From an uncultured Pseudomonadales bacterium (GTDB lineage: Bacteria; Patescibacteriota; Microgenomatia; UBA1400; UBA12028), in contig CAZWPK010000003.1 of the NCBI GenBank assembly GCA_964635905.1, positions 2,459-66,458 of the forward strand: a DNA stretch of 64,000 nt, given 5' to 3'. Shown in pieces: positions 27,040 to 35,265 of the stretch; the stretch's first letter is position 1, and every line of letters begins with the position of its first letter. The notes under the pieces are model-generated. The model was not told the origin of the DNA and did no database searches. It saw nothing but the letters and a program-made list of their open reading frames with translations. The position numbers were made by a program, and so were the translations under genes.

Positions 27040-28473
27040 TTATTTACTACCAGAGATGCTTGCTCGGATTGCAGATAAACTAGTTTGTAGATCTGTTGAA
27101 GTTTCCAGTTTTAACTTTACTTTCTTGACGGCATGCATGATGCTGGTATGGTCTCTTCCACCAAACTCCATCCCCACTTGTACAAGAGAAATTCTCAAAT
27201 CTTCATACAAAATATACATTGCTAAATGACGATAATCGACAAGAGGCCGAGAACGTCGTGCACCTAAAAGCTGTGCGGTAGTGACTTTGAAGTGAGCGGC
27301 AACTGTTTTAATCACTTCTTTTGGTTTAACTGAGAGCTTTGTAATATTGGGAGTCTGTTCTTTGGAGAGAATGGATTTTACTAAGTCCATATTGATCTCT
27401 TTTTTCATCAAGGTATTCTGGCTGTGAAGCTGTGAGATGACTCCTTCAATTTTCCGGGCATTATCTACCATCGAGGCAATTTGCTGAGCACAATCCATTG
27501 GAACAATGACCCCTTTTGCTTCAGACTTGATTAAGACAATCGCTGTGCGGAGTTCAAACGTTGGTTGTTGGATATCGATGATCAGTCCTGCTTCAAACCG
27601 AGAGCGCAACCGGTCTTCTAGAAGCGTAATCTCATGGGGTGGTCTATCTGACGTAATAATAATTTGACCACCAGATTGAGAGACAGCGTTAAACGTATGG
27701 AAAAACTCCTCTTGAACCGCGTTTTTCCCAGCAATAAACTGAATGTCATCAATAAGTAAAACATTCACTTTCCTGTATTTTTCCTTGAATTGGAGTGTTT
27801 TTTTTGTTTGAATAGCGGCAACAATCTCGTTCGTAAACTCTTCACCAGCGCAATACAAAATATTTACTTGAGGATTGTCTTTCAAAATTGCTTGACCCAC
27901 AGACTGCATGAGATGCGTCTTCCCTACTCCTACTCCGCCATATAAAAAGAGAGGATTATAAGCAGTTCCAGGGCTCCTGGAAACCGCTTGAGCGGCTGCG
28001 TATGCCATTTCATTGGTCGTGGAAACTGCGAAATTCTCAAAGTTAAAATCGAGTCGAAGTTTAGCTTTTTGTAAGCTTAATTTAAAAGAATCTACCGTTG
28101 GTGCTGTGGAAAAGAGGGGGGTTGAGCTCTGGATAGGTTGGGAAGATGATTGTGGGGAATGTGTGGATAGAGTTACGGTTGGCTGGGTGGTTTCCTGAGG
28201 TTGAACCGCAGATTGCACTCTAAATTGTAAATCAACCTTCCTCCCAGTGATCCGATCAAGCGTCTCTTTCAAGGTTGCATAAAACCTGCCTTCGATCATT
28301 TGGATATGCATGGCTGTCGGTGCGCTAATCACGGCGATTGCATGGGAATCTCCTACTGCTCTGATTTCTGCAAGACTCGCCTTCTCTATCCACATGTGGA
28401 AATGTTGAGAAGACATGCTGATCTCCAGATCTGAGAGCGATTTTTTCCAAACATCAAACGGAACCATTTCCAT
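27040..28473 (-). CDS. dnaA: Chromosomal replication initiator DnaA
   Basis: YNPLFLYGGVGVGKTHLM, LLIDDIQF, RLRSRF, FGGRDHTSIMHA. Confidence 0.98.
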   Translation of the reverse strand: MEMVPFDVWKKSLSDLEISMSSQHFHMWIEKASLAEIRAVGDSHAIAVISAPTAMHIQMIEGRFYATLKETLDRITGRKVDLQFRVQSAVQPQETTQPTVTLSTHSPQSSSQPIQSSTPLFSTAPTVDSFKLSLQKAKLRLDFNFENFAVSTTNEMAYAAAQAVSRSPGTAYNPLFLYGGVGVGKTHLMQSVGQAILKDNPQVNILYCAGEEFTNEIVAAIQTKKTLQFKEKYRKVNVLLIDDIQFIAGKNAVQEEFFHTFNAVSQSGGQIIITSDRPPHEITLLEDRLRSRFEAGLIIDIQQPTFELRTAIVLIKSEAKGVIVPMDCAQQIASMVDNARKIEGVISQLHSQNTLMKKEINMDLVKSILSKEQTPNITKLSVKPKEVIKTVAAHFKVTTAQLLGARRSRPLVDYRHLAMYILYEDLRISLVQVGMEFGGRDHTSIMHAVKKVKLKLETSTDLQTSLSAIRASISGSK

Positions 28474-28519
28474 AAATATTAATCTTTTGAAGGAAGTAAG
28501 ACCTATGTTTTAATCATAG

Positions 28520-28691
28520 TTTTCCACATTATGCAAGCGTGGGATTGTAAATTGGATTTTCTCATCTAGAGGATATGCTGATTACAGGAGTTTTTTCTTG
28601 TGAATAAACACAGAGTTTGATCTGAATAAGTCTAGTGGAAAAACTGGGGACAATTCGGTTTTTATCTCAGGAGGTTCTTAGAATATCCACA
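28520..28691. promoter_or_regulatory. DnaA-box cluster between dnaA and rpmH
   Basis: TTTTCCACA 28520, TGTGAATAA 28599, AGTGGAAAA 28634, TGGGGACAA 28645, ATATCCACA 28683. Confidence 0.78.
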
Positions 28692-28713
28692 ACATGCCTC
28701 AAAATGGTGGAAA

Positions 28714-28742
28714 TTGCCACATCTCAAACTTGCTGTTACAAT
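28714..28742 (+). promoter_or_regulatory. Sigma70-type promoter of the rpmH operon
   Basis: TTGCCA-17 nt-TACAAT with extended TG. Confidence 0.65.
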
Positions 28743-28768
28743 ACACCTCTCGTTTATAGGAGAAGTGT

Positions 28769-28912
28769 ATGGCAAAAACAAAACGAACTTGGCAACCTCG
28801 AAAGAAAAAACGCGTAAGAACACATGGCTTCTTAAAGCGAATGTCAACGCATTCTGGTAGAATGGTTCTCAAGCGACGTCGACTAAAAGGTCGAGCAAAA
28901 CTAACGGTTTAA
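28769..28912 (+). CDS. rpmH: 50S ribosomal protein L34
   Basis: Below ORF-track cutoff; [47 protein letters not shown]; AGGAG upstream. Confidence 0.96.
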   Translation: MAKTKRTWQPRKKKRVRTHGFLKRMSTHSGRMVLKRRRLKGRAKLTV

Positions 28913-28920
28913 AGATCTAT

Positions 28921-29229
28921 ATGATCCCAAGAGAACTTCGACTTCCTTTACGAGGGAGTCCCGGTTTTTTCTCTTCAGCCTTAAAAAAAGAAAACAATAA
29001 ACTTCTTCTCTTTTTGAGTTCAGGTAGAGAAAATTTGGGTGCCGTTATTGTTCCCAAAAGGATCGAAAACAGCGCTGTTAAACGAAACCATCTCAAGAGA
29101 AAAATGAAATCAGCGTTACTTCCAATCTTACAATCAAATGCAAATATGCACATCGTGATCGTTGCAAAAAAGAAGACCTCAGTCTTGACTAATAATGAAC
29201 TCTTTTCCACAATTAACGAGCTACTGTAA
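28921..29229 (+). CDS. rnpA: Ribonuclease P protein component
   Basis: VIVPKRIENSAVKRNHLKRK (RNR-like motif); synteny. Confidence 0.85.
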   Translation: MIPRELRLPLRGSPGFFSSALKKENNKLLLFLSSGRENLGAVIVPKRIENSAVKRNHLKRKMKSALLPILQSNANMHIVIVAKKKTSVLTNNELFSTINELL

Positions 29230-29428
29230 AAAGGGTTTAATCTCTTTAGTTTTAGTCTATAGAAAAGTACGCGTTATCTTGGACTACATCTATCTTGTGG
29301 TGTTTGGAGTAACCATTCACTGTAAACACACACCTTCCTGCAGTGAATATACAATCCGTGTAATTTCGAAGCATGGTACAATCAAGGGCACCTTTCTAGG
29401 CGTAAAACGTATCTTAACCTGCTGGTAA
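29195..29428 (+). CDS. yidD: Membrane protein insertion efficiency factor YidD
   Basis: CKHTPSCSEY...HG...RILTC; synteny. Confidence 0.88.
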   Translation: MNSFPQLTSYCKKGLISLVLVYRKVRVILDYIYLVVFGVTIHCKHTPSCSEYTIRVISKHGTIKGTFLGVKRILTCW

Positions 29429-29432
29429 TCCT

Positions 29433-30218
29433 ATGGCCTCTATTCAAGAAATTTCTCAAGCAATCCTCATTAATCCTCTTTTTGAATATTTGAAGTTTTT
29501 ATACGGTCAGACCGGCAGTTTTGGCATGGCCATCATCCTTTTAACGGTGTCTATACGGACTGTTTTAGTGCCTTTCACGCTTCCAACCCTGAGGTCCCAA
29601 AAGAAAATGAAGCTGCTAAAGCCTCAAATTGATCAATTGAAAGAAAAATTTAAGAAGGACCCCAAGAAACTACAACAAGCCCAAATGGAATTGTTTAAGG
29701 AACACAACATAAACCCGATTGCAGGTTGTCTCCCCTATATCGTGCAGTTGATTATCATTTTTGCACTCTATAACGTGCTGTCGCACTTTGTTTCCCGAGC
29801 TTCCTCTGAGGGACTTACAATAAACACGTGGTTTTTGGGATGGGATTTAGCTCATCCAGATCGTTTTTATATCATTCCAGTCTTGGCTGCCCTGACCCAA
29901 TTTGTTCTCTCACTCATGCTTCTGCCTGGGATTGAAAAACATGACTTAGTTCCAAACAACAGTAAAAAAGTGAAAGTTCAAACCGAGAATAAGCGAGAGA
30001 CTAATTCTCAACAGATGGCAGAAACAATGCAAAAACAAATGGTTTTTATGATGCCAATCATGACTGGACTTTTTGCACTTCGATTCCCTGCTGGACTCGG
30101 ACTGTATTGGATAGTCACCACAATCTTTAGTATTGCTCAACAATGGGTGATTTCAGGCCCAGGAGGTCTCAAAAATATCGTTTCCCAAGTTAAAAGTAGA
30201 CTGCCACTACAACAATAA
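29433..30218 (+). CDS. yidC: Membrane protein insertase YidC (short form, no large periplasmic domain)
   Basis: GMAIILLTVSIR, INPIAGCLP, FPAGLGLYW, SIAQQW. Confidence 0.95.
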   Translation: MASIQEISQAILINPLFEYLKFLYGQTGSFGMAIILLTVSIRTVLVPFTLPTLRSQKKMKLLKPQIDQLKEKFKKDPKKLQQAQMELFKEHNINPIAGCLPYIVQLIIIFALYNVLSHFVSRASSEGLTINTWFLGWDLAHPDRFYIIPVLAALTQFVLSLMLLPGIEKHDLVPNNSKKVKVQTENKRETNSQQMAETMQKQMVFMMPIMTGLFALRFPAGLGLYWIVTTIFSIAQQWVISGPGGLKNIVSQVKSRLPLQQ

Positions 30219-30230
30219 TTGAGGAGAATT

Positions 30231-30665
30231 ATGACAACACAAGATTTTGTACAGCAATTACTTGCCCACATGGGGATTGATTCCGCCACAGTGACGCTAA
30301 TCGATAGTGAAGAGAACTTAGAGGTCAACATCGCAGTTGATGAGACTGAAAGCGGCCTCCTAATCGGTCGTCATGCCGAGACACTCGAAAGTCTTCAACA
30401 TTTAGTTCGCCTTCTCTATCAAAAAGATATTGAAAAGCCAATCTCCGTCAATATTAACGATTTTCGACAAAAAAGAACGGACTATTTATCGGAGCTTGCC
30501 AGTCGAGTAGCAGAGCGTGTGATTTCTTCAGGCCGTCCGCAAACCTTGCGCCTACCAGCCTCAGAACGACGCATTATTCACATGGTACTAGCAGATCATG
30601 ATCAAGTTCGTACCGAATCGGAAGGCGAAGGCACCTACCGAGTTCTTAAAGTTTTCCCCAAATAA
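30231..30665 (+). CDS. jag: Jag/KhpB/EloR-like RNA-binding protein (KH + R3H, no N-terminal Jag domain)
   Basis: LLIGRHAETLESLQ, ERRIIH, SEGEG; GAGGAG before ATG 30231. Confidence 0.9.
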   Translation: MTTQDFVQQLLAHMGIDSATVTLIDSEENLEVNIAVDETESGLLIGRHAETLESLQHLVRLLYQKDIEKPISVNINDFRQKRTDYLSELASRVAERVISSGRPQTLRLPASERRIIHMVLADHDQVRTESEGEGTYRVLKVFPK

Positions 30666-30684
30666 TCCACAATGGTGGATAAAC

Positions 30685-30712
30685 AAAAGGACAGGCCTCC
30701 CTGTCCTTTTTT
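30685..30712. terminator. Intrinsic terminator after jag
   Basis: AAAAGGACAGG-loop-CCTGTCCTTTTTT. Confidence 0.8.
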
Positions 30713-30760
30713 AATGCCAAAAATTGCGCTTCAAAGAGACTAAGGGTACACTACCAATCT

Positions 30761-31168
30761 ATGACGTACCACATTCACACCGACGGAGGGTCTAGAGGTA
30801 ATCCAGGACAAGCTGCAATAGGATTTGTTATTCAAACTGAAGACGGTCAAACGGTGTTTGAAAAAGGAGAGAAAATTGGCATCACAACCAACAATGTAGC
30901 CGAGTATACTGCAGTGTTGTCTGTCTTAAAATACTTGACTGACTCCCCTGTCAAACCTTCCCTTGCGAAGTTCTTTCTTGATTCTAAGCTTGTGGTGGAG
31001 CAGATCAACGGGAACTATCAAATAAAACAGCCACATCTACAGTCCTTATGTCTTGAAATTTTACGACTTAAAAGAGCTCTTCCCTTCACTACCCTGTTCT
31101 CACATGTCCCAAGAAAAGAGAATGCTCAAGCCGATGCCCTCGTCAATTTAGCTCTTGACTCTTCCTAG
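30761..31168 (+). CDS. rnhA: Ribonuclease HI (archaeal/actinobacterial-type)
   Basis: TDGGSRGNPG, TNNVAEY, DSKLVVEQ, HVPRKENAQADAL. Confidence 0.93.
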   Translation: MTYHIHTDGGSRGNPGQAAIGFVIQTEDGQTVFEKGEKIGITTNNVAEYTAVLSVLKYLTDSPVKPSLAKFFLDSKLVVEQINGNYQIKQPHLQSLCLEILRLKRALPFTTLFSHVPRKENAQADALVNLALDSS

Positions 31169-31394
31169 TCTTTCTGCACTCTTTTTTCCACTCAAGATTA
31201 AATAGCTAAGCTCAATGTTTTAGACGGATACATCCACCTTTTCCCCGTGTTATCCAGAATTAAAAAACGTGTCGGAACAGCGTAAGACATGTGTATAAAA
31301 CGAACAAAACAATAAAAGAGGTATTCGTGAAAGGTTGGCCTTATCAAACCTCGTCTTGCAGGGGGTGACTTCTGATGTGTAGGCTAACAAGGAT

Positions 31395-34049
31395 ATGGTC
31401 AAACGGTTTAGAACCACCATTGAAGATCAACCTCAAGTTCTTGTCATTGCTCCACAGGGGCAAATTGTGCAGGAGTTGTTAGAGAACCTTCGCGCTCTTC
31501 ACCTAGAAGGACAGTGGGTATCTCCAGAGGATCCGCTATTTGAACAGGGAAGTGTTAATCGTTTTTCAAAAGCTTTTGCCATTATTTGGTTGGATATGCC
31601 GGTGTTTGGTGATCAACAGTTAAAAAAATCCAAAGGCCTTCATCTAATCAACTCACTACAAAGCTTAAAAACACCAATTTATTATGTGTGCTTTGACGTA
31701 ACCCATAAACGTCAAAAAAAGTCGATTTCAATTGATCCTACGTGGGCGGGTGAGTACCTACAGCGTTTAGTAATTCAATCAGTTCCAAGTAGTTGTGTTC
31801 TTGAATACCAACACGTGTTCTATCCATTTGAAGGAGGATTGTCGATCGTTCAACGCTACATCAGTGAAAAAATTTCAGCAAACCTTAAAGGGACATTGGA
31901 AGGGGAATTCAATCCACTGTGGTATCAAACAGTTATTGAACATATTGTAAAAACCGTGTGTTCTACGGATCCAAAGTCTGGAAGGTGGGCAGGGGAGACG
32001 GAAATTACCCTAAGTGGCTTTGAACATGAACTTCGAAAATCACTACAGTTTCCATCCAGCCGGGGACAGAAACTTGAATTCCCGTATATTTTCCCCCAAA
32101 GTGAAACCCTTCCCACGTTACCAACAAGTGACATGATTTCTGAGGTCAGTCTCTCATTCCCAAAATTCTCATTTTTATCGAAGAACACCGACCAAAACAG
32201 TACCAAAGAGCCCGTTTCTGTCCTTCCTATCCCGAAGCGTGATCACACCAAAAAGGTTACGATTTCACCGTTGGTACGAAAACTTTTCTTGTTGCTGATT
32301 GTCGGAGGAGTGGTTTTGTATGGTGCGTTATCCCTAATTGTACTGACCAGTTTTAATCAGATTCGAACGGATATCGCAACGTATCTTGTCACAAACCAAC
32401 CCGATAAACTCCCCACTCGGCAACATCTTAGCTTAACAACAACCATCAACGAGTATCTTCCGATTCCCTATCAACTTATTGGAGTTTCTGTTTCCAGAAG
32501 GGAAGTGGGTCAGTTCTTGTCTCACATCGAGACTTTACGGGACGGAATGACGGAGTTTGAGATAGGAGATACGTACTCTGCACAGTTGTATGAAGAAATT
32601 GTAGGGAAACGTTCATCCTCTAATTTTTCTTCACTCAGGCAAGCGATTCAAGCCTACGATCGTTCTTATCAACAACTATCATCAATTCAAGCCAGAGTAA
32701 CCCCACAACAAGAGCTTTTAAACATCGTCGAAGGGTCGAGTGAATTCTCAACCCAGTTCCTTCAAGATATTAGTTCTATTCGAGAAAACCTGACAATTAC
32801 AAAAACATTCCTTTCTTCGCTAGAAACATTTTTATCCGCCCCCATTCGCAATGTAGCCATCGTTGTGGTTGAGCCCACATCCCAGCGTTCATTGGGCGGT
32901 GTCCCAAAAGAAGTAACGCTATTACGTTTTGAAAAGGGGCAATTATTTCAGACGCAGTCCTATCCAAGCGAGGAGTTAGACCAAATGTTGAAGGGAAGCG
33001 TTACCCCTCCTATCGAATGGAAAAATCTAGGAAAAGAATTTTGGAATCTTTCCGAAGGGGCATTTAGCCCCGATGGTCCAACTGCAGCAAAACAGGTTGG
33101 CTGGTTTCTCTCAAAACAACTTCAACAGGAAGTAGATGCGGTGATTGTAATCTCCACAGACGGTTTAGTACGACTACTAGGGGCCACTGGTGAAATTTCT
33201 GTAAACGGCGCATTCATTTCGTCGAACACGGGCAAAGTTTTTTTTGAGACATTATCACAACAGGAGCAAGATAACTCTGGTACTGGTTGGGGAAGGGTAG
33301 GAGAAGCTGTTGTCGCATCACTCCAGCAAAAGGAACAAATGCTGAAGGCAGCCCCAATTTTTAAATCTATCTTTGAGCAATCGCAAGGAATGATCTTTGT
33401 GAAAGATGCTTCGATTGCTTCTGCTCTCTCTCCCCTAGGCTGGGACGGGGCAATTGTGACCCCTTCATGTCCAACCACCTTTGCAAAATCAGACTGTCAA
33501 ATTGAATACGCTTCACTCTGGGAACATGAGTTTTCTGCAACTCCCAGCGCCATGGCGATTTCTCGAACGATGACGGAGGAAGTGGAGATTTCTTCACAAG
33601 AGATACTCCATCATCGAACCATCTTGTATCAACATACCGCGTTAGGATCGCAAAAGGACGCAACCTATCAAGCGTTGGTGAAGTTTATTTCAAGCAACAC
33701 TGCACAAATTGACTCCATTACTATTGGGACTGTTCCACTAAACACCTCTGACTACCAAATTAGCAACGAATTTGGAAAGACAGTTTTAACGTTTCAACTG
33801 CGTGTTCCACCAAAAGCCCAAGTACCAGTGGAAATTCGCTATAAGACCGATCTTATTCGTCCTGGAGGATCCTTGGTCTTTTACGAGCACAAACAAGTAG
33901 GAATGCCAGCAATTCCGCTCGTCTTGACCACCTCTTATCAAGGGGATTACTATCCAAAGACTATCGCCCCTGCAGCACGTATCGAAACAAACAAAGTAAC
34001 ATTCTCCGCTCTCCTCGATAGACACCGTATTTTCGCATTGGGTTTTTAA
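31395..34049 (+). CDS. Large membrane protein with DUF4012-like extracellular region
   Basis: Central TM, helical region, RSLGG, NLSEGAFSPDGP, VDAVIVIS, KQVG. Confidence 0.7.
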   Translation: MVKRFRTTIEDQPQVLVIAPQGQIVQELLENLRALHLEGQWVSPEDPLFEQGSVNRFSKAFAIIWLDMPVFGDQQLKKSKGLHLINSLQSLKTPIYYVCFDVTHKRQKKSISIDPTWAGEYLQRLVIQSVPSSCVLEYQHVFYPFEGGLSIVQRYISEKISANLKGTLEGEFNPLWYQTVIEHIVKTVCSTDPKSGRWAGETEITLSGFEHELRKSLQFPSSRGQKLEFPYIFPQSETLPTLPTSDMISEVSLSFPKFSFLSKNTDQNSTKEPVSVLPIPKRDHTKKVTISPLVRKLFLLLIVGGVVLYGALSLIVLTSFNQIRTDIATYLVTNQPDKLPTRQHLSLTTTINEYLPIPYQLIGVSVSRREVGQFLSHIETLRDGMTEFEIGDTYSAQLYEEIVGKRSSSNFSSLRQAIQAYDRSYQQLSSIQARVTPQQELLNIVEGSSEFSTQFLQDISSIRENLTITKTFLSSLETFLSAPIRNVAIVVVEPTSQRSLGGVPKEVTLLRFEKGQLFQTQSYPSEELDQMLKGSVTPPIEWKNLGKEFWNLSEGAFSPDGPTAAKQVGWFLSKQLQQEVDAVIVISTDGLVRLLGATGEISVNGAFISSNTGKVFFETLSQQEQDNSGTGWGRVGEAVVASLQQKEQMLKAAPIFKSIFEQSQGMIFVKDASIASALSPLGWDGAIVTPSCPTTFAKSDCQIEYASLWEHEFSATPSAMAISRTMTEEVEISSQEILHHRTILYQHTALGSQKDATYQALVKFISSNTAQIDSITIGTVPLNTSDYQISNEFGKTVLTFQLRVPPKAQVPVEIRYKTDLIRPGGSLVFYEHKQVGMPAIPLVLTTSYQGDYYPKTIAPAARIETNKVTFSALLDRHRIFALGF

Positions 34050-34078
34050 TTGTCTCCAGAGAGTGCCTGTGGTACAAT
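34050..34078 (+). promoter_or_regulatory. Sigma70-type promoter of rplY
   Basis: TTGTCT-17 nt-TACAAT with extended TG. Confidence 0.65.
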
Positions 34079-34114
34079 CAGCTCTTACCAAATCAAGATA
34101 CTTGAAGGAATTGT

Positions 34115-34789
34115 ATGACTCAACAACGCCAGACCTTATTGGCAAAACCTCGTACCGTTATCGGACGACAGGTTAAACAACTTCGAACAGCTGGATTAAT
34201 CCCTGGCAACATCTACAGTAAAGGTCAAGAATCGCTGGCCTTAAGTGTTGATGCCAAAACCTTCTTAAAGACGTATAGTCAAACAGGTGAGACTGCTTTA
34301 GTGGACTTGACAGTTGAAGGTGAAACCAAAGCACGACCCGTTCTCGTCCGTGGAGTTTCCCGACATCCAGTCTCAGGCACAATCATCCACATTGATTTCC
34401 ATCAAGTGAACTTAAAAGAAAAGATCACCGCCATGATTCCGGTGGAATCAATTGGTGAATCTGAAGCGATCAAGAATGGTGGAGTATTAGTGCTCCCTTA
34501 CAGTGAAATTGAAGTAGAAGCCTTGCCAACCGATCTTCCAGAGAAATTTGAAGTTGATATTTCTAAATTAGCTGCAATTGGCGATACCGTTACCATTGCT
34601 GATCTTTCCTATAATCGTCAAGCAGTTGAGATTCAGTTAGCGCAAGATGATGTGGTCGCAACGGTGCAAGCTCAAGAAGAAGAGCAAGTAGAAGAAGTCG
34701 TAGCTGAACCTGTCGAAGTGGAACTAACCAAGCAGGGAGCAACGAAGGAAGAGGAAGAAGCTGCAGCAACAGAAGCAAAAGCAGAATAA
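34115..34789 (+). CDS. rplY: 50S ribosomal protein L25/Ctc
   Basis: LRTAGLIPGNIY, HPVSGTIIHIDF, ALPTDLPE, acidic tail. Confidence 0.95.
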   Translation: MTQQRQTLLAKPRTVIGRQVKQLRTAGLIPGNIYSKGQESLALSVDAKTFLKTYSQTGETALVDLTVEGETKARPVLVRGVSRHPVSGTIIHIDFHQVNLKEKITAMIPVESIGESEAIKNGGVLVLPYSEIEVEALPTDLPEKFEVDISKLAAIGDTVTIADLSYNRQAVEIQLAQDDVVATVQAQEEEQVEEVVAEPVEVELTKQGATKEEEEAAATEAKAE

Positions 34790-34810
34790 CTCTTTACATT
34801 TTGACTCAAT

Positions 34811-34837
34811 AAAAGGACAGGGAAACTTGTCCTTTTT
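34811..34837. terminator. Bidirectional intrinsic terminator between rplY and the convergent gene
   Basis: AAAAGGACAGG-GAAA-CTTGTCCTTTTT. Confidence 0.8.
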
Positions 34838-34846
34838 AGTATTCAA

Positions 34847-35239
34847 TTATAAAAACTTTTCTTGAGCAGTTTTCACAAGCACAGAATTGGGATCAAGGCG
34901 TTGGAGTTCTTGTACGACCGAATCAATGGTAGCTTTATCATGAAGCCGGTAGGAAATTTCTGCCAGAGAAAATAAGACATCCCTGGATGTGGGGTGGGAT
35001 TGACGGAGCGTCTCAAGTTTCTGTTTTTCCAAATAGAGCGTATCTATCTGAGACTGTAGGGAGGAGCGCTGCTGTTCATATGCAAGATGCTTCGTTTGGT
35101 ACGTGCTAACTCCCACAATGAGCCAGAAACCGATCAAAATACTGAAGACAAAGATGCCTTTTTTCGCAACAACTACCGCGGGTGCCGTAAGAATGCGCAC
35201 TACTGTAAGGGTCCAGAAAAACCAGAATCGCAATTGCAT
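34847..35239 (-). CDS. Hypothetical membrane protein with C-terminal TPR-like helices
   Basis: Two hydrophobic segments, then HPTSRDVLFSLAE...LDPN. Start at ATG 35239, preceded by TGCTATACT. Confidence 0.7.
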   Translation of the reverse strand: MQLRFWFFWTLTVVRILTAPAVVVAKKGIFVFSILIGFWLIVGVSTYQTKHLAYEQQRSSLQSQIDTLYLEKQKLETLRQSHPTSRDVLFSLAEISYRLHDKATIDSVVQELQRLDPNSVLVKTAQEKFL

Positions 35240-35265
35240 GATAAAAGTATAGCAGTCAATGTCCT

